64,000 bases of DNA from a virus (IMGVR_UViG_3300029288_007068), one strand, 5' to 3'. Numbered from the stretch's first letter, positions 37,162 to 46,235 are shown. The notes: generated by a model from the letters alone, not told the origin. Translations and numbers: made by a program.

Positions 37162-37701
37162 CTACTTCTCCAGATATTGAGTTGATATGTCATCGGCAAA
37201 GTAAACTAACTTGCACTCGGGATAATATTTTATAATATATTTTTCACCACGATTATATGATTCATCATATGGACCCATGTGCCATCGAATCATTGCTATC
37301 TCTTGGTCAGTTAGGTTAATGAACTTTTGTATAACCATTACACTCTTGTCACCATGACCGATTGGGAATGAGTCTTCGTGAATATATTTTTGTTGTGATT
37401 CACTCCATATATAAATACCAACTTTACAAACGTCGTGAAGTAATCCAACTATAGCCTGCGTTTCATATGTTATTGGTTTTCCATTCCAAAAGTATGCAAC
37501 TAACTTTTGTAGTGTCTTAAAAACGCTAAGACTATGTTGTGCAAGACCGCCATGGCACGCTAAGTGAAATTTGGATGATGCTGGAGCGGTGAAGAAGTCA
37601 GTTAACTTTAACCATTCTATCAAAGCGCTCATTCCTTTTCGGTCGACACCTTCGAGGAGAGTGATTATCATTTCTTTATTTTTTTCAATATCTATATTCA
37701 T
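37162..37701 (-). CDS. HD-domain phosphohydrolase
   Basis: H...H in HLACHGGLAQH, HD in GLLHDVCK, and a downstream HGD motif. Confidence 0.5.
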   Translation of the reverse strand: MNIDIEKNKEMIITLLEGVDRKGMSALIEWLKLTDFFTAPASSKFHLACHGGLAQHSLSVFKTLQKLVAYFWNGKPITYETQAIVGLLHDVCKVGIYIWSESQQKYIHEDSFPIGHGDKSVMVIQKFINLTDQEIAMIRWHMGPYDESYNRGEKYIIKYYPECKLVYFADDISTQYLEK

Positions 37702-37894
37702 TCTATAACCTCAATTTCACTAATACCTTTTTTGAGTATAATTATCTCTGATATCTTGCCAATCTCTTCAATTTTCGCTTCTAACTCTTTAAATGCTGTC
37801 TCTTTACGGAGATGAAGGGATTGTTTATAAGTAGCATATTCACCATCACTTCCACCCACATCAATCCAAGGTTGATATATTATCATACTTCCAC

Positions 37895-38314
37895 CTAATA
37901 AGAAAAACTCTCTTTCTCTAAAATTAGAATAGTCTCAACTCTTCTATCAGAACCTTCTCCAGTCCATGACAAATATTTAAACTTCCCTCTAATCCAATGG
38001 TCGCCCTCCGGACTATCTATGGTTTGAATGTTGAACTCGTAAGCCTTCTCATCGGGTAGATATTTTATACTATCACCATTAAGGTTGTCGTAATAGTATT
38101 GCTCTCTTTCTTTTTCATTATCTTTACTATTCCTGTAATAGGGTCTTTCTCCCTCTGCTTTCCACTGCCAATACTTATGGAGCAAAGTAAGAATATCATT
38201 TGTCAAACTATCTTTCTTTTCCAAATAAAACTCAATAGCATTTCCCGTATGTGAATTTATCTTCATTCTAATTTCCGCTTGACATAAAGGACATATTAAA
38301 TTTTCTTTCTTCAT
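37895..38314 (-). CDS. Hypothetical protein with N-terminal zinc-ribbon-like CPLCQAE motif
   Basis: ORF. Only a partial CxxC motif. Confidence 0.35.
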   Translation of the reverse strand: MKKENLICPLCQAEIRMKINSHTGNAIEFYLEKKDSLTNDILTLLHKYWQWKAEGERPYYRNSKDNEKEREQYYYDNLNGDSIKYLPDEKAYEFNIQTIDSPEGDHWIRGKFKYLSWTGEGSDRRVETILILEKESFSY

Positions 38315-38547
38315 TCTTTTTTCTCCTTATGTAGTTTTGTAGCAGTTTGGATGAACTCGGCGATATCACGAAGACAGTCCTGCTCGAAAACTGTATCTTC
38401 ATCTGGGAAGAAACAATATTTCCGCCAAGTGCCATACCATTTGATGAAACCGATAACGGTTTGAGTATCTTTTGAAACGACCTCCCAAGTAGCAGTCTTA
38501 CGATTCAGGTCTTGGGTCAATCGAACAAATTCAATCCATTTAGTCAT
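38311..38547 (-). CDS. Small hypothetical protein
   Basis: ORF. Confidence 0.3.
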   Translation of the reverse strand: MTKWIEFVRLTQDLNRKTATWEVVSKDTQTVIGFIKWYGTWRKYCFFPDEDTVFEQDCLRDIAEFIQTATKLHKEKKE

Positions 38548-38616
38548 CAGAGTTCACCATAACATTTGCTTCTTCAAAATATGTAATATCACAATCTTTA
38601 AGGAATTGTTTTTTCT

Positions 38617-39393
38617 TCATAGTTCACCTGTCTTTGATATTCTTGTTTGTAATTTGCGTGTGACGTTATACCAGTCACGTGGTTGGGCAGTTGAAGGGAA
38701 GTGATAACATAAAGCATTTGTTAGAAGATGCCCTTTAAGGCGCGAATCTGTAAGCCAATATTCTAACATTATATCTTCACATGGCATGCCGTGGAGATGG
38801 CGCAGTTTGTATATAACCTTTGTAAACTTGTCGGGACTAATTCGATTCATAGCAATCATATAATGGAAGCCACCAGTGACACATTTGATTTCTTTATGCT
38901 TCTCCATATTATAGTAGTAGTGAGGGATGCCCCATTCAGACAACCCCGCGAAGGAGTTTTTTGTGTCGAGCGAATAATCGGAGTGAGCAAGAGCGTTATT
39001 GACATCAATGGCTACGCCGGCGACATAGATGACTTTAGAATGGGAACGAATGTGGTCGTAAAGAGTTTTGACGAATCCGGGCGTAAGCATTACGTCATCG
39101 TCTAACATAAGGAGATATCGGTAATGACGCTCACGGGCGTAGCGAAGGAGAAAGACGCGCGCGAGGGCAAGACTTCTATCTTTCATTGAGCGAATGTGTT
39201 TGACGTCGACGCCTTTGTGGAGTTGGAGCAAGTCTATCATTTGACGGACTATGTAGTTATCGGTGACTGGGGCGTCAGAGGAATCATATATAACTAAATC
39301 GAAGTGGATGGCTTGTTGCGACAAGGAGTAAAGAGGGAGAGGCAGAATATCGGAACGGTTTTTGGTGGGGATTGCTATAAGGATTTCATTCAT
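38617..39393 (-). CDS. Family-2 glycosyltransferase (GT-A fold)
   Basis: N-terminal IAIPTKNRSDIL and a DxD-containing LLMLDDDVMLTPGF motif. Confidence 0.55.
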   Translation of the reverse strand: MNEILIAIPTKNRSDILPLPLYSLSQQAIHFDLVIYDSSDAPVTDNYIVRQMIDLLQLHKGVDVKHIRSMKDRSLALARVFLLRYARERHYRYLLMLDDDVMLTPGFVKTLYDHIRSHSKVIYVAGVAIDVNNALAHSDYSLDTKNSFAGLSEWGIPHYYYNMEKHKEIKCVTGGFHYMIAMNRISPDKFTKVIYKLRHLHGMPCEDIMLEYWLTDSRLKGHLLTNALCYHFPSTAQPRDWYNVTRKLQTRISKTGEL

Positions 39394-39745
39394 TAGAACA
39401 ACTTTCCTTATGAACTAAAATCTTTTTAATTTTACAAAGACATAACGCTACTTCTTGGTATTGCTCGTCGGTTACACAATTATTAATTCTTTCTACTTCA
39501 GCAATTCTTCTTAACCATTCCAAAGGAGTTTCAGTTCGTACACAAACATCAATAGAAACCTTTTTACATAAATCTTCTTTTTCCTGTTGTGTATATAGTT
39601 GTTTCTTTTGGAGTTTCGTAAGAGAAACGTTTGATGCTTTGGGATTTAAAACAACAATGAATTTCACTTTACCATTTTTGAATCTACCGGATGTATCGCA
39701 GTAAAAGTCAGCCTCACTTATTTTGTTAAGTGTTTGTTCGTTCAT
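39386..39745 (-). CDS. Hypothetical protein
   Basis: ORF. Promoter motif variant at 39781..39812. Confidence 0.35.
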   Translation of the reverse strand: MNEQTLNKISEADFYCDTSGRFKNGKVKFIVVLNPKASNVSLTKLQKKQLYTQQEKEDLCKKVSIDVCVRTETPLEWLRRIAEVERINNCVTDEQYQEVALCLCKIKKILVHKESCSNE

Positions 39746-39780
39746 CTCATTCTCTCCTTTAATGACTTTATATGTTCTAC

Positions 39781-39812
39781 CTTTATAAGGGTTTAGGAAG
39801 GGTTAATAGTTT
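39781..39812 (-). promoter_or_regulatory. Class-1 bipartite promoter motif (variant TTATAAAGG)
   Basis: Minus strand AACTATTAAC, 14 nt, CCTTATAAAGG. Confidence 0.4.
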
Positions 39813-40561
39813 TAAAGAAAAGAATCGAGTTTTTGTATTCCGTTATCAACTTCTTTTTTTATGCCAAAAGTTATCCCTGTAGCATAAGCCTTTTTAATTG
39901 CCGTCTTTACCAAATACCACTCTAAATTATACTTCTTAACGAACTCGAACCACGCATTGCTGGAACCAACATCGTGGCTTATAATAAGACCGCCTTGTTT
40001 AACTCTTCCAATAGCCCATCTATATTCATCCCACATATTCTTATAAGTATGTGCAGAATCGTGACAAAAGAAATCAATTAACTCCCAATTTAAGTTTGGC
40101 AAAATATCCATTGATTTTCCTATTTTCAATTCCCATCTGGTTGATATATCTTTTGTAACGTAACAACCACATTCTTCACTATCCCAATTGTCTATACTAA
40201 TAAGTTTTCCCTGTTGATTCAATTTCATAGCATATAAAAATACAGCTGTTGACAAACCGAAATGAACTCCTGTCTCAACTAAAAGTTTTGGTTTATACTT
40301 TCGAATAAGACTAAAGAGAATCTGTAAAGTAGCAGAATACATCCCAAGGTCTCTTCCATACTTTTTATATTTTTCCTTTCTCATCTCTTGAAGATTCTGC
40401 CAAAACTTTGAGTTAAAAAGTTCGTTAGTATAATCTATCAACTCAGCTGTAGTTAGATATTTATCCAAAAAAGAAATATAAAGATTCTTTCTTTCTTCTT
40501 CAGTCATTTGATAAAGAATACGGTCTTTTTTCCAGGATTGCATTACTTCCACCAATACCAT
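39812..40561 (-). CDS. SAM-dependent O-methyltransferase of the TylF / CmcI (macrocin-O-MT) type
   Basis: LVETGVHFGLSTAVF (glycine-rich SAM loop as in TylF) and the DFFCHDSAHTY motif. Confidence 0.45.
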   Translation of the reverse strand: MVLVEVMQSWKKDRILYQMTEEERKNLYISFLDKYLTTAELIDYTNELFNSKFWQNLQEMRKEKYKKYGRDLGMYSATLQILFSLIRKYKPKLLVETGVHFGLSTAVFLYAMKLNQQGKLISIDNWDSEECGCYVTKDISTRWELKIGKSMDILPNLNWELIDFFCHDSAHTYKNMWDEYRWAIGRVKQGGLIISHDVGSSNAWFEFVKKYNLEWYLVKTAIKKAYATGITFGIKKEVDNGIQKLDSFL

Positions 40562-41220
40562 TTCCCTTTTATCATTGCATTAATAACTTTTTGTCTATCA
40601 TCAATATTAAACATTGGCTTGTTAACGGCTCCTGGTGTTCCATATCTTCCAAATGTTGCAGTCAATATTCCTTTCGCTCCACTCCTTGTTGATATTCTGT
40701 AGATTTCACCATTTAACAACTGAACTCCCAACTTATCTTTACCAGGATGTTTTGGACAATCCTCCCATTTAACATAATCCTTAGTTCCTTCTATAATCTT
40801 CTTTGCATATTCAATTGAGGCTTTAGTTACACTATATGTTTTATTTCCTTCTGGGTTATCTCGCTTTGTAATCGTCTCTTCAATAGCTAATCTATCTATT
40901 GTTCTATTATTTGGAAGAAAAGAAATATATTTAAATTTTCCCAACTTAAATGTATCTTTTAAATGACCTTTATCTCTTTTGTATGCTGAAGCTCCACTTA
41001 TACCATCGTAAAAATACATTTCCGAATCTATTTCCGGCCATAAAAAATAATTACCTTGTGAAATAGGTTTAGTTAAAAAATTTTCAAGTTTAACTCCATC
41101 GGTAACTTTCCTCTTTGGTAGTTCTCTTATTTCATCTAATGTTGGTGGAGTAACTGTTATATACTTCGAAAGTTTTACAGCTTTTCTATCTCTATCCATT
41201 TTTTCCATATCTATCACCAA
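40543..41220 (-). CDS. Hypothetical protein (glycan cluster)
   Basis: ORF overlapping its neighbours. No motif. Confidence 0.4.
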   Translation of the reverse strand: MVIDMEKMDRDRKAVKLSKYITVTPPTLDEIRELPKRKVTDGVKLENFLTKPISQGNYFLWPEIDSEMYFYDGISGASAYKRDKGHLKDTFKLGKFKYISFLPNNRTIDRLAIEETITKRDNPEGNKTYSVTKASIEYAKKIIEGTKDYVKWEDCPKHPGKDKLGVQLLNGEIYRISTRSGAKGILTATFGRYGTPGAVNKPMFNIDDRQKVINAMIKGKWYWWK

Positions 41221-41371
41221 ATATACCTATAAAGTCAACAATTTATATACCTTTTGGTTATGGGTCCTCAATCTACTTCCAACCTTCACCGAATACTTCA
41301 CAACCTCCGGTAGGTTGAAGAATGTGACATACAATCCAATCCAAAGGATGACGTCTAACATGTTTTCACTT

Positions 41372-41638
41372 TTATCTATAACAATGATACGGTTCTCTCA
41401 TCTCTCTAATAAAATAATCCACTGCTTCTAAAGCAGTTTCAAAATACAAAGGTTCACATTTTTCAAAAGGATATTTTCTAACGTTTCCAAATCCCTTTGT
41501 TGGTGTATACCTAAATAAATATAAGTCTTTTATACCTTCAAGTTTTACACTAACTTTGTTCTGACCTTTGTATGAAGTTACTCTTTCCATTCCTAACAAA
41601 TTTTTAAGAATCTCTTTAAACAAATCAAATTCTTTCAT
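41372..41638 (-). CDS. Small hypothetical protein
   Basis: ORF. Confidence 0.35.
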   Translation of the reverse strand: MKEFDLFKEILKNLLGMERVTSYKGQNKVSVKLEGIKDLYLFRYTPTKGFGNVRKYPFEKCEPLYFETALEAVDYFIREMREPYHCYR

Positions 41639-41649
41639 GCTCTTCCTCC

Positions 41650-42567
41650 TTAATGAACTAACTTCTTATCTTCTCGCTTGGAATTCGCCAATTGCAACAT
41701 ATGGTTGTACGCGCAACCTGGGTTACATCCTTTGATATCCATCTCCCAGTCTTTCTGTAGCCGCTCCAAATTGATATCAAATATCCTATGCTCTTGGCAT
41801 TTTAAACCCCTTACATCTGGGCACGTCATTATGCTACCATCTTCGTCTATTGTCAAATACTCTATCGAGCCACCACAATGCCAATCCAAATTCAAACCAT
41901 ACTTCGGAAGCAGTTCGAAGTATTCGCGAACGTTATGAAGCATAATACTTGGGTCATCTTTCAACGCAAGAAGCTCCTGTGATATCCATTCCAACTCTTT
42001 TTGGTTGAGCAACATCTCAGGGCAATTCTCCCTGAAGCGCCATATCTGACTCTTTCCAGAGTGGACATATCCAACAATCGACCAAATCCCAAGAGATGAC
42101 AAATGCCTAATCAACTCGGGAATGTATTTGTAACTCTTTTTATGAATAATCATATTTCCGCACACATCGGGAACTCCCTGTTGCTTTGCCCTAAGAAGAG
42201 ATTCATACCCTTTGTGGGATTTAAGGTCTATACTCTTGAGTGACGTAAAGTGGTTGTTAGGCAAAATATCTATGCTACAAGTTACATTCTTAAACTCGGA
42301 GTAACCATAGTCGATTGTTCCATTAGTTATGACAGCGTATGGGATGTCGAGCTCATTGGCGCGACGAAGGAGAACCATGAAATCTTGGCGGACAAGTGGC
42401 TCACCGCCAAAGAAGATTAAGATTTCCGGGTTGATTTCTTTGACCTTATCAAGGACTTTCAGCGCCCATTCAGTATTCAGAGTAGGACGACGCTCTTTGT
42501 AAACACGGCAGTAACTGCAAGACAAATTACATTGTCGTGTCGTAAACCAACAGACTTGTCTAATCAT
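41650..42567 (-). CDS. Radical SAM enzyme with C-terminal SPASM-like cysteine cluster
   Basis: N-terminal TRQCNLSCSYCRV (CxxxCxxC). C-terminal cysteine clusters (CGGSIEY...CPD, CNPGCAYNH). Confidence 0.6.
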   Translation of the reverse strand: MIRQVCWFTTRQCNLSCSYCRVYKERRPTLNTEWALKVLDKVKEINPEILIFFGGEPLVRQDFMVLLRRANELDIPYAVITNGTIDYGYSEFKNVTCSIDILPNNHFTSLKSIDLKSHKGYESLLRAKQQGVPDVCGNMIIHKKSYKYIPELIRHLSSLGIWSIVGYVHSGKSQIWRFRENCPEMLLNQKELEWISQELLALKDDPSIMLHNVREYFELLPKYGLNLDWHCGGSIEYLTIDEDGSIMTCPDVRGLKCQEHRIFDINLERLQKDWEMDIKGCNPGCAYNHMLQLANSKREDKKLVH

Positions 42568-42815
42568 TTGGCGCTCTCGTTATAAGCATTTACATTTTCA
42601 GTTTTTTCTTCTTTCTTCGGCTTTAAGTAATACCCACCACGCTTTTTAAGCATAGCCACAAAGCGCTCATACTTACTCATTCGAGCCCGACGCTTTTTCT
42701 CATACCTGGATATTCGGTCAACCGGGATGCCCGCCTTGTTGAGTTCTTGGCAATGCTGTTCCCAAGATAGTTTTTCTTTAGCGTCCTGTATTGATATCCT
42801 ATGCGACATAATCAT
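42564..42815 (-). CDS. Small basic protein, first gene after the structured leader
   Basis: ORF with SD AAGGAGAGA. Confidence 0.35.
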   Translation of the reverse strand: MIMSHRISIQDAKEKLSWEQHCQELNKAGIPVDRISRYEKKRRARMSKYERFVAMLKKRGGYYLKPKKEEKTENVNAYNESAK

Positions 42816-42933
42816 TCTCTCCTTATTCGAGGTGAGTGGACAGGCGGAACTCTATGAGAGACTTTCTTTTAAGGGAGGGGAGGAAAGGATTTCATTCGCC
42901 ACCTGTCCACAATTTTACAATATAGTCAGTCTA
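42816..42933 (-). ncRNA. Structured 5' leader: 11-bp stem (GTGGACAGGTG / CGCCTGTCCAC) enclosing a pyrimidine-rich CCUCCCCUCCC loop, between promoter and SD
   Basis: Inverted repeat at about 42833..42844 and 42896..42909. The loop sequence is complementary to the nearby SD. Confidence 0.35.
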
Positions 42934-42966
42934 TTATATAAATTTTATTGTTGTCTTAATAGTTGT
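42934..42966 (-). promoter_or_regulatory. Class-1 bipartite promoter motif
   Basis: Minus strand AACTATTAAG, 14 nt, TTATATAAT. Confidence 0.5.
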
Positions 42967-43079
42967 TTTTAAGTATTTTTGGAATAAAAAATTCATACCA
43001 AGATTGTTTAGTTCCTTTGAGTTTCAATAACTCATAGTATTCGTTAGTTGGCACTTGAAAAAGAATTGAAGTTTTGCCA

Positions 43080-43415
43080 TTATCCATATCCAAACATCCT
43101 ATCATATCTATGATGGTTCAAAACGTCTAAAATAGCTGTTAATATTTTTACTCTTCCTTGTGGCATAATAGTATAAATTAATCTCCAACCAGGACGTCTA
43201 TTTGAAAGTTCATATCTCCATAAGTTACTTATACCATAATGTTTATACTTGCTGGGCCACCGCGCTGGTGGAATTTTATTACCACACTGTGGATTTCTTT
43301 TTAAGTTATCGGTAGCAATATCAAATTCTCTTCCCAAGTTAAATTGCCTAACAATGTTCTTAACATCTCTTTTTACAGTATCACTATAAAAACCTATATA
43401 GTATTCCTTATTCAT
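43080..43415 (-). CDS. RelE/ParE-family type II toxin
   Basis: C-terminal NLWRYELSNRRPGWRLIYTIMPQGRVKILTAILDVLNHHRYDRMF matches the RelE/ParE core pattern (R-x-G-x-YR-x-I-Y ... HR-x-D). Confidence 0.5.
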   Translation of the reverse strand: MNKEYYIGFYSDTVKRDVKNIVRQFNLGREFDIATDNLKRNPQCGNKIPPARWPSKYKHYGISNLWRYELSNRRPGWRLIYTIMPQGRVKILTAILDVLNHHRYDRMFGYG

Positions 43416-43666
43416 AAAATCAAAAGACTCCTGTTAAACCATATTCTATTTGATGCTCTGGGATTTGAAATCCAAACAATTTGACCTTCATCAAACACAA
43501 TCATATTCTCATTTCTGAGATATTCTAAAATCGTTCCTAATTCAGCTTTTGTTTTAAACCTACCTTTCAATGTTTTCCACAGTTCATTTGGAGTAAGATA
43601 GTTCTTGGCTGATTTAATTTTATCTTTAACAACCAAAACATCCTTTGCCGTTACATACTGAGTCAA
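43412..43666 (-). CDS. Putative cognate antitoxin (overlaps toxin start by 4 nt; TTG start)
   Basis: 84-aa ORF immediately 5' of the toxin, overlapping it. Promoter motif variant at 43704..43738. Confidence 0.35.
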   Translation of the reverse strand: MTQYVTAKDVLVVKDKIKSAKNYLTPNELWKTLKGRFKTKAELGTILEYLRNENMIVFDEGQIVWISNPRASNRIWFNRSLLIL

Positions 43667-43703
43667 TTATATCAACCTTCCCATTATACCTATATACCAT
43701 TTG

Positions 43704-43738
43704 ATATTTAAATATTTTATGGTAAAGTTTAATAGTTT
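43704..43738 (-). promoter_or_regulatory. Class-1 bipartite promoter motif (variant ATTTAAATA)
   Basis: Minus strand AACTATTAAA, 14 nt, ATTTAAATATC. Confidence 0.4.
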
Positions 43739-44094
43739 AACTTACTCTGAGAAACAGATTCACTTGCCCAACTTGTAGCGCTTTCCCACACCTTTACCGA
43801 CACTGTTGTCTCCGGGTATCTCAACGAAATGGCATTCGCCAGATGATGTGCGATATTCTCAGCTGTTGGATTCTCAAAGTAATCATTGAGGTCGGTGTGG
43901 TCAAACTTATTTATGATATCTTTGACTTCTTTAAAATCAACCAGCATTCCTATCTCTTTATTTATGAGACCTATGATTTCCACTTCTATTTTAAAAGAAT
44001 GTCCATGAACATTTTTACAGAGACCATTGTAGCCAGGAAGGTGGTGTGCGGCTGATATTGTTGTTTCAGTATGAATCTTCATAACAACCACCAA
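43729..44094 (-). CDS. queD: 6-carboxy-5,6,7,8-tetrahydropterin synthase
   Basis: 121 aa. Zinc-binding CKNVHGHSF (Cx3HGH) and the HTETTIS N-terminal His typical of QueD/PTPS. Confidence 0.7.
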   Translation of the reverse strand: MVVVMKIHTETTISAAHHLPGYNGLCKNVHGHSFKIEVEIIGLINKEIGMLVDFKEVKDIINKFDHTDLNDYFENPTAENIAHHLANAISLRYPETTVSVKVWESATSWASESVSQSKLNY

Positions 44095-44195
44095 AGCGTT
44101 TCATAAACATTTCCGGTTTAAGGTTTTTTGTTTTTCCTGTTCGCATAATATAAACATTTAGCTTTTCTTTTTTCTTTCCAAACATATTCTGTCTC

Positions 44196-44717
44196 CTACA
44201 ACAAATTCCATCTTTCATCATATTCGTTATTCCAAAGTTCTTCCAACATACTATCAAAAGAATAAGACTGACAATAAACTTCTTTTTTCAACCTCTCCAA
44301 CCAATCGGGATACGACTTTTGGATAACATCTACCCAAGAAATCCAGTGGGCTGATATGTTCTTTATTTGTAAATCTTTTGCTTTAACTCCGAAAGTAATT
44401 GAATTGTCTATCATAAAGACATACCATCCGTTACCAGCAAGAAGTTGTTCTTGTTGATATCCGCTGAACTTAAATCGCCCGAGTTTGTATTTTGAATAGA
44501 GAATTGGATGATTTGGGATTCGGATGATGTTGTTTTTGACAATACGCCTACAGGTTTTGATTTCAATGGGAATGGTTTTGTTGTCGTGAGTGACGAAACA
44601 GTCGATGCCTTGGACGCCGTCGTATGTAACTTTGCAACCAGGGAATTGAGAAACAAGGAAACGGTATACCTTTTTATGTTTCATTTCGGATTGAATCTTT
44701 TGTTGTTTGCTCATCAA
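44196..44717 (-). CDS. Hypothetical protein, possibly PD-(D/E)xK nuclease-like
   Basis: GIDCFVTHDNKTIPIEIKT resembles a D...E-x-K triad. Weak. Confidence 0.3.
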   Translation of the reverse strand: MMSKQQKIQSEMKHKKVYRFLVSQFPGCKVTYDGVQGIDCFVTHDNKTIPIEIKTCRRIVKNNIIRIPNHPILYSKYKLGRFKFSGYQQEQLLAGNGWYVFMIDNSITFGVKAKDLQIKNISAHWISWVDVIQKSYPDWLERLKKEVYCQSYSFDSMLEELWNNEYDERWNLL

Positions 44718-45064
44718 CAGCCAACCATGCCCAATTTTGTTTCAATTAACTTTTCCCTTTCTTCTTTTGATAAATCTTTAACTTTATATTTTGGATAATC
44801 GTTTTTATCCAATTCGGTTATTTCAAAGATAACATGACCATCACCTTTCTTAAAAAGTGACCAACCAACTATTCCATGAATGTTTGTTTTTATCCATTCT
44901 AAATCAGAAGATTTATCGGTCCCAGGATAAACACCAATGGGCAACTCTCCCTTATCGAAATCTTCCAGTAGGATTCTTTTAACTTGTTCTATATCTTTTG
45001 CTTTAAAAGTTCTATTACCAAAACAGCCTACAATTCCCAAATGGGTTCCACCTTGAATTCTCAT
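44714..45064 (-). CDS. Hypothetical protein
   Basis: ORF. Confidence 0.35.
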   Translation of the reverse strand: MRIQGGTHLGIVGCFGNRTFKAKDIEQVKRILLEDFDKGELPIGVYPGTDKSSDLEWIKTNIHGIVGWSLFKKGDGHVIFEITELDKNDYPKYKVKDLSKEEREKLIETKLGMVGC

Positions 45065-45194
45065 AACTTCACCAATTCATTTTTCCATTCTCTTTGGTAT
45101 ATATTCTTCATGATATTCAGAACCGCAATTACATGGTTCACCTAATATTGATGGTTGTCCAACCGAACAGAACATCCAAGTTCTGTTACATTTC

Positions 45195-45407
45195 TTACAT
45201 CTTATATGAAACAGACCCATGACTCAACTTCTCCTTTACATATTCTTCTACTTCATCTCGTGTTGGTGGATTATAAGGATAATCATGAACAAAATCATAT
45301 GCCTCCTCTACAATTTCATCAACTGACCGTGCTAAATTATTAGTTTCACAACAAAATGTATAACCGCATATGAAACCATTCAATAATAACTTCATTAAAT
45401 CGTTCAT
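45195..45407 (-). CDS. Small hypothetical protein
   Basis: ORF. Confidence 0.3.
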   Translation of the reverse strand: MNDLMKLLLNGFICGYTFCCETNNLARSVDEIVEEAYDFVHDYPYNPPTRDEVEEYVKEKLSHGSVSYKM

Positions 45408-45408
45408 A

Positions 45409-45618
45409 CTAATCTTCCTCTTCAGTAATCGTTTCCAAATCTGGAAAATGATACATTAATCCGCAATGGGGACAATACCAATGGTCTATTCTGTAATTCG
45501 TATACATCTTATCACCATCTTTGAAACCACTCACTACACTAACTTTAGGAATAAGTTGTATACCATCTTTGCAATATCCTACTTGACAATACTTAACGGG
45601 AATCTTTTTAGGCATCAT
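45409..45618 (-). CDS. Small zinc-ribbon protein
   Basis: CQVGYC ... CPHCG motif pairs. Confidence 0.35.
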   Translation of the reverse strand: MMPKKIPVKYCQVGYCKDGIQLIPKVSVVSGFKDGDKMYTNYRIDHWYCPHCGLMYHFPDLETITEEED

Positions 45619-45878
45619 AATTCTACCAACTCATATTTTGGCATCTCACTTTCGTTTACTTCTCCAGAAAGAACTTTGTTAAACTCTTCGTATAGTTCGG
45701 GATACCATTCCGACAACCAAGCAAGAAATTGTGATTCCGGACTGCCTTTCTCTGCCCACATTTGATTTTCTTGTTTCCAATTACTTGCCAATAACTCTAT
45801 GAAAGCGGATATTAGATTCTTATCCAAACGTATAACTTTTGGCCATTCAGGATTATCCAAATAACTCATTACTTTCAC
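45615..45878 (-). CDS. Small hypothetical protein
   Basis: ORF. Confidence 0.3.
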   Translation of the reverse strand: MKVMSYLDNPEWPKVIRLDKNLISAFIELLASNWKQENQMWAEKGSPESQFLAWLSEWYPELYEEFNKVLSGEVNESEMPKYELVEL

Positions 45879-46093
45879 AACTCTCGTATAACGATTTCGT
45901 ATTCTTTATTTTCATCTAATTTCCATCTTAAATGTTTTGGATTTTTAATTCCATAATCATCTGAACCATCTCCAATGGCAACTATCTGTCCACCTATCCA
46001 CAACGCAGGAACATCATGGTCGTCGGAATAAAAACTTTTATCGAAGTCACACATAATAGGTTTTCCAACTACTTTCAATATTTCTTTGCTCAT
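45875..46093 (-). CDS. Small hypothetical protein
   Basis: ORF. Confidence 0.3.
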   Translation of the reverse strand: MSKEILKVVGKPIMCDFDKSFYSDDHDVPALWIGGQIVAIGDGSDDYGIKNPKHLRWKLDENKEYEIVIREL

Positions 46094-46235
46094 TCATCAC
46101 CAATCCTCTTCATGTATTCCTCTTCGGTCATCTTCATGGGTCGTTTTGTAAGTTCCATTAATTTTTCAAAAGCCTTTGGGTCTTTCTTTGGTTGTAATTC
46201 AAATGTTATTTGAAGTCTTCCTATGCTAACAATCC

